Assembly (NCBI GenBank): GCA_963704755.1
Contig: OY969938.1
Coordinates: forward strand, 2,040,001-2,072,000
Length of the DNA stretch: 32,000 nt
Direction: 5' to 3'
Source of the DNA: an uncultured Chloroflexia bacterium
GTDB taxonomy: Bacteria; Chloroflexota; Anaerolineae; Anaerolineales; Anaerolineaceae
The translations under genes were made by a program, and so were the position numbers. Of this stretch, positions 1 to 6,890 are shown piece by piece. A model generated the notes under the pieces. The model was not told where the DNA came from and did no database searches. It saw only the letters and a list, made by a program, of their open reading frames with translations. Position 1 is the first letter of the stretch. Every line of letters starts with the position of its first letter.

Positions 1-204
1 CTGATCGTAACGCGAGCGCTTCTGCGGATCGCGCAGCACTTCGTAGGCTTCGTTGATCTCTTTGAATTTATCCTCGGCGGTTTTATCTCCGGGGTTCCGG
101 TCTGGGTGATATTTCATCGCCAGCTTACGGTAGGCTTTCTTGACGTCGTCTTCGCTGGCGTTTTTAGCAACACCCAGAATTTTGTAATAATCCTTATAAT
201 CCAT
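1..204 (-). CDS. J-domain co-chaperone (DnaJ/CbpA-like). The N-terminal 68 codons are present and the gene runs off the left edge of the window
   Basis: Reverse-strand translation from ATG (complement of 202-204) gives [68 protein letters not shown]. This is a canonical J domain with the HPD motif. It is absent from the ORF track only because it is truncated. Confidence 0.85.
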   Translation of the reverse strand, partial: MDYKDYYKILGVAKNASEDDVKKAYRKLAMKYHPDRNPGDKTAEDKFKEINEAYEVLRDPQKRSRYDQ

Positions 205-397
205 ACCCTCATTTTATTCTTTCAATCTTAAGAGAGTTCAAGTGGCTGAGGGGCGTATTAATACATTTCTTATAGATATTGGCAAATGCCGCCAGAATCG
301 CGCTTATTAAATGTAGAGAGAGCGGGAAAGAAGTGAATGGCTGGCGCCATTAGCTGTTAGCTGTTAGCTTTTAGCGGTTAGCGGTTAGCTACAACTT

Positions 398-480
398 GTA
401 GGGTGGGTGCAGGGCTCATTCGAATTGCCGGTGAATTACCGATTTGCTAAACTTTCCAAGCCCTGCCCGTAACCCACCAT
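398..480 (+). repeat. Family-A MITE/REP-like element, copy 1
   Basis: Starts GTAGGGTGGGTGCAGGGCTCAT and ends GCCCGTAACCCACCAT. The arms are imperfect inverted repeats (GGTGGGT...GGGC). Confidence 0.8.
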
Positions 481-521
481 CTGGCTGTTAGCTGTTGGCT
501 TTTAGCGCTTAGCTCGAGCCC

Positions 522-604
522 GTAGGGTGGGTGCAGGGCTCATTCCAATTATTGGTGAATTACCGGTTAGCAAACCTTTCCAAACTCTGCCCGTAACCCA
601 CCAT
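522..604 (+). repeat. Family-A element, copy 2
   Basis: Same termini as copy 1, and the interior closely resembles copy 1. Confidence 0.8.
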
Positions 605-804
605 CTGGCTGTTGGCTTTTAGCGGTTAGCCCCACCATTAATATCCCGGTTTTGGTGACCAAACCGATATATGCTTTTGGTGGGCTTGACAAATGGCGAC
701 TAATTGGATATTATTTCGATATTATTTATTTCAATATCAAACAATATCTTGCTCGCTACCCTAAACCAAAATGGGATGAGCGGGATTTATGAAGGAGATA
801 CCCC

Positions 805-1427
805 ATGTCTGCCATCTCTGAAGCCAAAATGATTTCGTTTTCCCCGGCGGATCTGCCCTCTCGCGAGGGTTACCGCTTATTTGCCAGCCTGATTATCCCC
901 CGTCCAATCGCCTGGGTTTCCAGCATCGGTACGGATGGCACGCTCAACCTGGCGCCCTTTTCTTTTTTAATGCAGTGGCCGGCTCACCCCCCACCGTAAT
1001 GGTCTCGATCGGCCAGCGGAAAGGCCAACAAAAAGATACGCTGCGCAACATCACCGAGACCGGCGAGTTCGTCTTGAACATTGCCGGCCAGGACCTGATT
1101 GAATTGCTTAACGCTACCTCGATCGAAGCTGCCTACGAATTAAACGAGTTCGCCTACGCCGGCCTGGAAACGATGCCCTCTCTGCTGGTCAAGCCGCCGC
1201 GCGTCGCGGCTGCCCCGGCCGCCCTGGAAGTCCGCCTGAGCCAGATCGTCCCGATCACAAACAGCACCTACACCATGGTGCTTGGGCAAGTCGTGCAGTA
1301 TCACCTGCGGGAAGATTTGCTGCTCGAGAACGGCCTGGTCGATGCCAGAGCCTTGCAGCCGGTCATCCGCCTGGGCGGCAATGAGTATGCCCGCCTGGGC
1401 CAGATTTATGAATTGGAGAGGCCGTAA
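805..1427 (+). pseudogene. Flavin reductase-like protein (FMN-binding split-barrel, PF01613-type) interrupted by a 1-nt frameshift near 963-969
   Basis: ORF 805-999 (..RPIAWVSSIGTDGTLNLAPFSF) and ORF 975-1427 (AGSPPTVMVSIG...) read as one protein if the T6 run at 963-968 is shifted by one base, giving APFSF(F/L)NAVAGSPPTVMVSIG. RBS AAGGAGA at 791-797. Confidence 0.75.
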
Positions 1428-1437
1428 GGCCACATTG

Positions 1438-2470
1438 GTAGCCCGGCTTTTGTAGCCCGGCTTTTGTAGCCCGGCTTTCAAAGCCGGGAAAACGCTTGGC
1501 TTAAGAATTTCTGCGGTAGGAAACCGCGTTTCGGCCTCACCTGCGGCGGCTGAAGCCGCATCTACAAGGACACAAAGGCCCACCTGCGTGGGTCTCCCTT
1601 TGGGCAAGGGCCAATTCCACAGCCGGGATTTTTCCCGGCAAGCTGGCGTAGTGCCCTCACCCCGGCCCTCTCCCAGCGGACAGGGTTAGTTTAGATCGGC
1701 GTAATGCGCTGGGAGAGGGAGAATAACTTCAGAGGAGAGGGACCTCCGGTCCCTCTCCTCTGAAGTCCACTTCCTTCTCAGGCATGTGTGCTCTCGGATT
1801 AGAAACCCGGCTTTACCGTAGCCCGGCTTTCAAAGCCGGGAAAACGCTTGGCAGAAGAATCTCTGCGGTAGGAAACCGCGTTTTTGACCTCACTTGCGGC
1901 GGCTAAAGCCGCATCTACAAGGACACAAAGACCCACCTGCGTGGGTCTCCCTTTGGGCAAGGGCCAATTCCACAGCCGGGATTTTTCCCGGCAAGCTGGC
2001 GCAGTGCCCTCACCCCGGCCCTCTCCCAGCGGGCAGGGTTAGTTCACAGATTAGCATAATCCGCCGGGAGAGGGAGAATAACTTCAGAGGAGAGGGACCT
2101 CCGGTCTCTCTCCTCTGAATTCCACTTCCTTCTCCGGCGTGTGCTCTCGGATTAGAAACCCGGCTTTTGTAGCCCGGCTTTCAAAGCCGGGAAAACGCTT
2201 GGCTTAAGAATTTCTGCGGTAGGAAACCGCGTTTCGGCCTCACCTGCGGCGGCTGAAGCCGCATCTACAAGGACACAAAGACCCACGCAGGTGGGTCTCA
2301 TTTTCGGCTAGAGTTGATTCCAATGTCGAAAATCCGCCCGGCAAGCTTTCGAAAGCCCTCACACCGGCCCTCTCCCAGCGGGCAGGGTTAGTTCACAGAT
2401 TAGCATAATCCGCCGGGAAAGGGAGAGAAATCTCAGAGGAGAGGGACCTCCGGTCCCTCTCCTCTGTATT
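1438..2470. repeat. Tandem array of three ~351-bp units, each a chain of about six hairpin modules
   Basis: GTAGCCCGGCTTTCAAAGCCGGG recurs at 1466, 1818 and 2169. Units 1 and 2 are near-identical. Unit 3 has one module replaced. No credible coding frame. Confidence 0.9.
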
Positions 2471-2754
2471 CTTTCCCCCTCCCGGCCAGCCAGAGGAAAC
2501 CCAACCCAGGCGCCATTTGGCTGGGAGGGGCCGGGGGAGGGGCTGGATCGTACCGGCGGCGGCTAAAGCTGCCGCCGGTACGATTTGACCATCCCCAGAC
2601 GAATGTCCTGAGTTCCATCCTCATTAAACCTTTATTAATTAAGCCAAAACCGGTACACTATAAGGGGGATTGGTTACGGCTTAATCATGGCCGAAAAAGT
2701 ATTATTTCCGCATCGGTTGAGCAGTAACAGGAATTTCAAAAACGGGGTTGGACA

Positions 2755-3663
2755 ATGGAAATTATCACTTTTAACGGCTGGAAGAATTGTATCCGACTGG
2801 AAAACCTTTTGGTGGATCTGGTCATCGCAACCGATGTCGGTCCGCGGATCTTGCGCTACGGTTTTCTCGACGAAGAGAACGAATTTGTCGAAATTGCCGA
2901 AGACATGGGCAAGACCGGGGGAGACGTATGGCGTTCCTACGGCGGCCATCGTTTTCAGCACGCTCCCGAAGTAGCCGGACGAACGGATTACCCCGACAAC
3001 GAACCGGTACAATCCGAACAGAAAGGCGATCTGATCCGCCTGATCCAGCCAGTGGAACGCACCACCCTGATCCAAAAAGAGCTGGATGTCCGCCTATCAC
3101 CGGTGGATACCCACGTCCGGCTGGTCCACCGGCTGCGCAATACCAGCATGTGGGATATCCGCCTGGCTCCCTGGGCCTTGACCGTTATGGCCCCCGGCGG
3201 AACGGCCATCCTGCCTATGCCCCCGCGCGGCCCACACCCCGAATTCCTCAACCCGGTCAATACGATTTCGCTCTGGCCGTACACCGATATGAGCGACCCG
3301 CGCTGGATCTGGGGCCGCCAATACGTCATGCTGCGCCAGGACCCCCTGGTCCAGATCCCGCAGAAGATCGGCGCCTGCCTTCCGGGTGGTTGGATGGGCT
3401 ATGCCCGCCGTGGTCACCTCTTCATCAAAAAATTTGCCTGCGAGACCGGACTGGAATACCCCGATTTTGGTTCCAACGCCGAAGTTTTTACCAACGACCA
3501 GATTTTGGAAATGGAAACCCTTGGGCCTATGCAGATCATTCCGCCTGGCGGGGCGATCGAACACGTCGAAGACTGGTACCTGTTCCGTGACGTGCCCACT
3601 CCGCACAACGACTCGCAGGTGGAGCGGCACGTGCTGACCCGCATGGTCGAGACCGGCGTCTAA
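2755..3663 (+). CDS. Hypothetical protein. A galactose-mutarotase-like fold is suspected only
   Basis: 302-aa ORF with normal amino-acid composition, unlike the Arg/Pro-rich overlapping frames. The N-terminus (MEIITFNGWKNCIRLENLLVDLVIATDVGPRILRY) resembles epimerase-like DUFs. No firm motif. Confidence 0.7.
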   Translation: MEIITFNGWKNCIRLENLLVDLVIATDVGPRILRYGFLDEENEFVEIAEDMGKTGGDVWRSYGGHRFQHAPEVAGRTDYPDNEPVQSEQKGDLIRLIQPVERTTLIQKELDVRLSPVDTHVRLVHRLRNTSMWDIRLAPWALTVMAPGGTAILPMPPRGPHPEFLNPVNTISLWPYTDMSDPRWIWGRQYVMLRQDPLVQIPQKIGACLPGGWMGYARRGHLFIKKFACETGLEYPDFGSNAEVFTNDQILEMETLGPMQIIPPGGAIEHVEDWYLFRDVPTPHNDSQVERHVLTRMVETGV

Positions 3664-3746
3664 AAGGCGTAAATTTTTATGCAACCCATTCAGCGATTCC
3701 CGGATCCAGGAATCGCTGGTCTTAACTCAGCTTTAACCTGTTGCGC

Positions 3747-3775
3747 TTGACCCGCCCCGACCTTCCAGCTACAAT
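3747..3775 (+). promoter_or_regulatory. Sigma-70-type promoter
   Basis: TTGACC (3747-3752), 17-nt spacer, TACAAT (3770-3775). It lies upstream of the hairpin and the phosphatase gene. Confidence 0.55.
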
Positions 3776-3850
3776 GGGCCCAACCGGCGCCCGATTCTCC
3801 ACGCTGCGGGTAAAATAACTTCAATTCGGGATAAGCGAAAAACGGATTAT

Positions 3851-3903
3851 TTGAGTGTGTTTTTTTCGTGCCGGCTTCGCCGGCACGAAAAAAACACACT
3901 CAA
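3851..3903. repeat. Long perfect hairpin with GCTTCGC apex (family C, copy 1)
   Basis: 24-bp perfect stem TTGAGTGTGTTTTTTTCGTGCCGG / CCGGCACGAAAAAAACACACTCAA around CTTCG. The T-run is on the 5' arm and the A-run on the 3' arm, so this is not a classical terminator on either strand. Confidence 0.9.
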
Positions 3904-3944
3904 AAACCCTTATCCTATTGAGAAAAGACGGATCAGGATTTATT

Positions 3945-4736
3945 TTGGACACAGAACAGAAAACTACTCAAGAAGCTACGCTCAGCTTCATAAAATTTAT
4001 TCGTTTGTTGCGCGTCAGGCTGGTCACCCAGGGGCTCAAGGCCACTTTATGGTGGAGCTTCAACCTCTTCAACCGCCTGATCCTGGACCGGCCGCTCCGC
4101 GGCCAGTGCCAGGTGACCCCTCAGTTGTTCGTCGGTGCCCAGTTTCGCCAGCGCGGCTGGCAGGTGCTGCACCGTTGGGGCATCACCGGCGTGGTCAACA
4201 TGCGCAGCGAGTTCGACGACCTGAGTCTGGGGGTTGATATACCGGCTTACCTGGCCCTGCCCACCCGCGACGACGACGCCCCCAGCCTGGAAAACCTGGA
4301 GCGCGGCGTGGCCTTCATCCGCCAGGAGTTCGAAAAAGGCGGCAAGGTGTATATCCACTGCGGGGCCGGTGTGGGTCGCGCGCCGACCATGGCCGCCGCC
4401 TACCTGGTCACCACCGGGCTGACGCCCGAACAGGCTTACGAGACCATCCGCAAACAGCGCATTTTCATCCGCCCCACCCGCGTCCAGCGCGAACAATTGC
4501 AGCGCTTCGCCGATTTGGCCGTTCAAGGGAACCCCACTGAAGCCATGCTGGCTGCGGAGAATCCCCCCTTATCCCCCCTTGCTGAGGCTGTGAAGAAATT
4601 CCAGGCACACTATTGTTGCCATGGAATAATCGATTCTCAAGAATTCCTCATGTATCTGGAATTCTTCACAGCCTCCAAGGGGGGAAAGGCTCGCCATTTC
4701 TTGCCCACTTTTAAAAGGGGGATGGGGGATTCTTGA
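3945..4736 (+). CDS. Dual-specificity (Cys-based, CX5R) protein phosphatase. The start codon is uncertain
   Basis: Active-site signature VYIHCGAGVGRAP (HCxxGxxR). The ORF is open from 3855, but that part covers the hairpin. TTG at 3945 follows AGGA (3935-3938). The last ~59 codons derive from a palindromic element. Confidence 0.75.
   Translation: MDTEQKTTQEATLSFIKFIRLLRVRLVTQGLKATLWWSFNLFNRLILDRPLRGQCQVTPQLFVGAQFRQRGWQVLHRWGITGVVNMRSEFDDLSLGVDIPAYLALPTRDDDAPSLENLERGVAFIRQEFEKGGKVYIHCGAGVGRAPTMAAAYLVTTGLTPEQAYETIRKQRIFIRPTRVQREQLQRFADLAVQGNPTEAMLAAENPPLSPLAEAVKKFQAHYCCHGIIDSQEFLMYLEFFTASKGGKARHFLPTFKRGMGDS
4558..4733. mobile_element. MITE-like 176-bp palindromic element
   Basis: Terminal inverted repeats AGAATCCCCC (4558-4567) and GGGGGATTCT (4724-4733). 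Subterminal arms CCCCCCTTGCTGAGGCTGTGAAGAAATTCCAG (4573-4604) and CTGGAATTCTTCACAGCCTCCAAGGGGGG (4656-4684). Confidence 0.6.
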
Positions 4737-4762
4737 AATGGCCTGAAGTCCGGCAAATTGGT

Positions 4763-5236
4763 TTACACGTTTTGTTGTTTTAAGGTTTCCTGCCATCCGA
4801 ACAATTGGGTCCGGACGGCATAAGCATCCTCGCGGTCCAGCAGGTGGATGCCCTGGCGGGCTAATCGCTCCGCCAGGGTGGATTCAAGCGAGACCTGGTA
4901 CAGGGCCAGCAGCGCTTCGGCGTCATCGTCGGCGGCGATGCGGTTGATAGATATCTCCCCGCATTCGCTGCAGTGATGCACCAGCATCAGCTCACCCTGT
5001 CCGGCGCAGACATAGCGTTTGAACGTCAATTTGCGCGTCAGGCCGACCGGCTGCATGGCACCCTTGCAGGCCGAGAGGCGGTCACCGGCCTGGTACAGGT
5101 CCAGGTGACGCGACCACAGGCAGTAAGGGCAGTGATTGCGGTTGCGCACACCTGCCAGCAGCACCTCGGCTGTGACGTAAGCCCGGCAATGCTTGCAGAT
5201 AAAATCCGCGTTGGGGGATGGCTGCTGCCGGCTCAT
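4763..5236 (-). CDS. RNHCP domain-containing zinc-ribbon protein
   Basis: Contains the eponymous RNRNHCPYCLWSRH motif and further Cys pairs (CKHC, CSEC). Its ATG overlaps the rsgA stop (ATGA). Confidence 0.85.
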   Translation of the reverse strand: MSRQQPSPNADFICKHCRAYVTAEVLLAGVRNRNHCPYCLWSRHLDLYQAGDRLSACKGAMQPVGLTRKLTFKRYVCAGQGELMLVHHCSECGEISINRIAADDDAEALLALYQVSLESTLAERLARQGIHLLDREDAYAVRTQLFGWQETLKQQNV

Positions 5237-6195
5237 TGTTCGGCCTGTAAGCTGATGAAATTCTTGTAACGCCGCGGGCTGATCTGGCCGGCCATGACCG
5301 CCTTGCGCACGGCGCAGCCGGGCTCTTCGTCATGGCAGCAGTCCAGGCCAAAGCGGCACTGCCCCAAATAGGGACGCATTTCGGGGAAGAAGTAAGCCAG
5401 GTCTTGCCCTTCCAGGCCCCACAAGCCAAACTCGCGCACCCCAGGCGTATCCAGGATAGCGCCGCCGAAGCCCAGATCGAACAGCTCCGCCTGGGTAGTG
5501 GTGTGCTTGCCTTTACCCGTCACCTGGCTGACCTGATTGACCCGCAGCCCCAGGCCGGGCTGGAGCGCGTTCAGCAGGGATGTTTTGCCCACGCCGGACT
5601 TGCCCAGCAGGGCCGAAACCTTGCCGGCCAGGGCTGCGCGGACTTCCGCTAGGCCCGCACCGGTGTGGGCGCTGACTATTTGCACCGGGTAACCGATGCG
5701 CCGGTACTCTGTGGCGACCGATTTAAGCTCATCTTTTTGGCCATCGTCAGCGCCGACCAGGTCGAACTTGGTGATGATAATCAGCGTCGGGATGCTGGAC
5801 GACTCGGCCGATACCAGGTAACGGTCGAGCATGTTCCAGTGCGGCGCGGGATTGGCGGCCGCAAAGACCGGCACGACCTGGTCGAGGTTGGCGGCGATCA
5901 CCTGCTCGTGGGCGTACGCGCCCGGCATAGGTACGGGCGAGCGGCGGGAGAGTTGGTTCTGGCGCGGCAGGATCTCCTGGATCACGCCACGATGATCCGC
6001 CTGGTATGTATAGGCCACCCGGTCACCTACGACCGGCAGTTCCGCGGGATCCATTTTTCGTCCCGATTTCGAGCTGCTGCCGCGGCTCACCAGGCTGCAC
6101 AAAGTGCTCTGGCTATCGCTGTGAACCTCATAGACCCCATTGGTTTTCTTGTAAACGGTCCCAGAGGTAGGACCATGTTCGTCGTTCATCTTCAT
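5233..6195 (-). CDS. rsgA: Ribosome small-subunit-dependent GTPase A
   Basis: Circularly permuted GTPase motifs: TKFDLV (G4), then GKSGVGKTSLLNAL (G1), DTPGVREF (G3), and a C-terminal CxxxxCxH...C zinc knuckle (CRFGLDCCHDEEPGC). The start is set at MKMNDEHG (ATG, complement of 6193-6195), because the longer ORF runs through a terminator. Confidence 0.9.
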   Translation of the reverse strand: MKMNDEHGPTSGTVYKKTNGVYEVHSDSQSTLCSLVSRGSSSKSGRKMDPAELPVVGDRVAYTYQADHRGVIQEILPRQNQLSRRSPVPMPGAYAHEQVIAANLDQVVPVFAAANPAPHWNMLDRYLVSAESSSIPTLIIITKFDLVGADDGQKDELKSVATEYRRIGYPVQIVSAHTGAGLAEVRAALAGKVSALLGKSGVGKTSLLNALQPGLGLRVNQVSQVTGKGKHTTTQAELFDLGFGGAILDTPGVREFGLWGLEGQDLAYFFPEMRPYLGQCRFGLDCCHDEEPGCAVRKAVMAGQISPRRYKNFISLQAEQ

Positions 6196-6218
6196 TGGTA
6201 CAAACCCTATCCAAATAT

Positions 6219-6251
6219 AAAAAAGCCAGCCCGGGTTAATTCCCGTGGCTG
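6219..6251 (-). terminator. Intrinsic terminator-like hairpin 25 nt upstream of the rsgA start
   Basis: Minus strand reads GCCAGCCACGGGAATTAACCCGGGCTGGC followed by TTTTTT. Confidence 0.6.
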
Positions 6252-6348
6252 GCGGTCGTGCAGAAAGCGTTGAGCGCTTTATCGGAGGGTGCCTGACAGG
6301 CACCGGGACGCAGAGCAGTCCCTTTCCCGGCAGTACTGCCGGGGAATT

Positions 6349-6380
6349 AAAAAGCCACGGGCTATGAACACACCCGTGGC
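6349..6380 (-). terminator. Intrinsic terminator after the small ORF
   Basis: Minus strand reads GCCACGGG-TGTGTTCATAG-CCCGTGGC followed by TTTTT. Confidence 0.6.
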
Positions 6381-6411
6381 AATTAGAATTCAGATAGGGT
6401 TAAACTTTCGC

Positions 6412-6480
6412 TTACCCTTCCACCAGCAGGCGCGTCCATAGGTCTTGAATTCGAACAAGCACCGAAGCCTTATAAGACAT
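6412..6480 (-). CDS. Candidate 22-aa small ORF or leader peptide (MSYKASVLVRIQDLWTRLLVEG)
   Basis: AAAGGAG (complement of 6490-6496) lies 9 nt upstream of the ATG. There is a near-consensus promoter upstream and a terminator downstream. No recognisable family. Confidence 0.3.
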   Translation of the reverse strand: MSYKASVLVRIQDLWTRLLVEG

Positions 6481-6521
6481 ACAACGCGTCTCCTTTCTAA
6501 AGGATAAACAAAGATAGAATT

Positions 6522-6550
6522 AATTTATCACGAGAATTAGGGGCTGTCAA
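6522..6550 (-). promoter_or_regulatory. Sigma-70-type promoter (minus strand)
   Basis: On the minus strand: TTGACA (complement of 6545-6550), 17-nt spacer, TAAATT (complement of 6522-6527). Confidence 0.55.
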
Positions 6551-6676
6551 GTAAAAAGTAGCAGGGTGTCAGGGCGATTGCAGCCTGCCTGTTTTTCGAG
6601 GGCAATTCCCCAAAGAACGGCATGATGCGATTGCCCTGAACAGGGTGTTGAAAAACGCCTGCGCTCAAAGAAATAT

Positions 6677-6723
6677 GGGGGGTATGTGGTGGCGCGGCTT
6701 CGCCGCGCCACCACATATCCCCC
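6677..6723. repeat. Family-C hairpin with GCTTCGC apex, copy 2
   Basis: GGGGGGTATGTGGTGGCGCGG-CTTCG-CCGCGCCACCACATATCCCCC, with one bulge. Confidence 0.85.
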
Positions 6724-6890
6724 AATCTTTTGGCAACAAGTGACTTTTTCAACGACCTCGCGTAGCAGGGGAAATCCTGTAAATTTCTTAGGGAATTCCC
6801 CGATTCTGTGTAATAATGGCTTGACTATACAATATACATAACACCTCATATCCGGGGTCCTGACCAATAAACTCTAAAAAGGAGGACACA

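Larger units (their letters stand above)
350..632. repeat. Composite tandem repeat: runs of TTAGCKG-like heptamers alternating with two family-A elements (period about 124 nt)
   Basis: Heptamer runs at 350-390 (6 units), 481-515 and 605-632. Family-A copies sit between them at 398-480 and 522-604. Confidence 0.85.

Noticed and set aside
1438-2600. Possible CRISPR array, because of regularly recurring palindromic sequences
   Set aside because: The repeat period is about 351 bp and the units are contiguous and homologous along their whole length. There are no short repeats separated by unique spacers, and no cas genes in the window.
2787-3590. Alternative 267-aa frame overlapping the 2755-3663 gene
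   Set aside because: It has extreme Arg/Pro content typical of an off-frame reading of GC-rich coding DNA. The 2755 frame has balanced composition.
3855-3944. N-terminal 30-codon extension of the phosphatase ORF (start at 3855)
   Set aside because: This stretch is the 3' arm of the 24-bp hairpin and its flank, and the peptide MCFFRAGFAGTKKTHSK mirrors the palindrome. A downstream TTG with AGGA is more plausible.
6196-6303. Longer rsgA ORF starting at 6303
   Set aside because: The extra 36 codons run through a terminator-like hairpin plus T-tract and have no similarity to RsgA N-termini. An internal ATG precedes the OB-fold region.
6225-6345. SRP RNA or 6S RNA in the structured region upstream of rsgA
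   Set aside because: There is no GNAR tetraloop or domain IV asymmetric-loop motif (..GGAA..AGCA..) for SRP RNA, and no large central bubble architecture for 6S RNA. I treated it as leader structure instead.
6809-6849. Promoter for chaB (TTGACT at 6821-6826, or TGTAATAAT at 6809-6817)
   Set aside because: TTGACT has no acceptable -10 at 16-18 nt, and the extended -10 candidate is imperfect. This is too ambiguous to annotate.
6537-6867. Minus-strand ORFs 6537-6752 and 6547-6867
   Set aside because: They span a family-C hairpin and promoter-like AT-rich DNA, with no RBS or motifs. They are probably non-coding intergenic sequence upstream of chaB.
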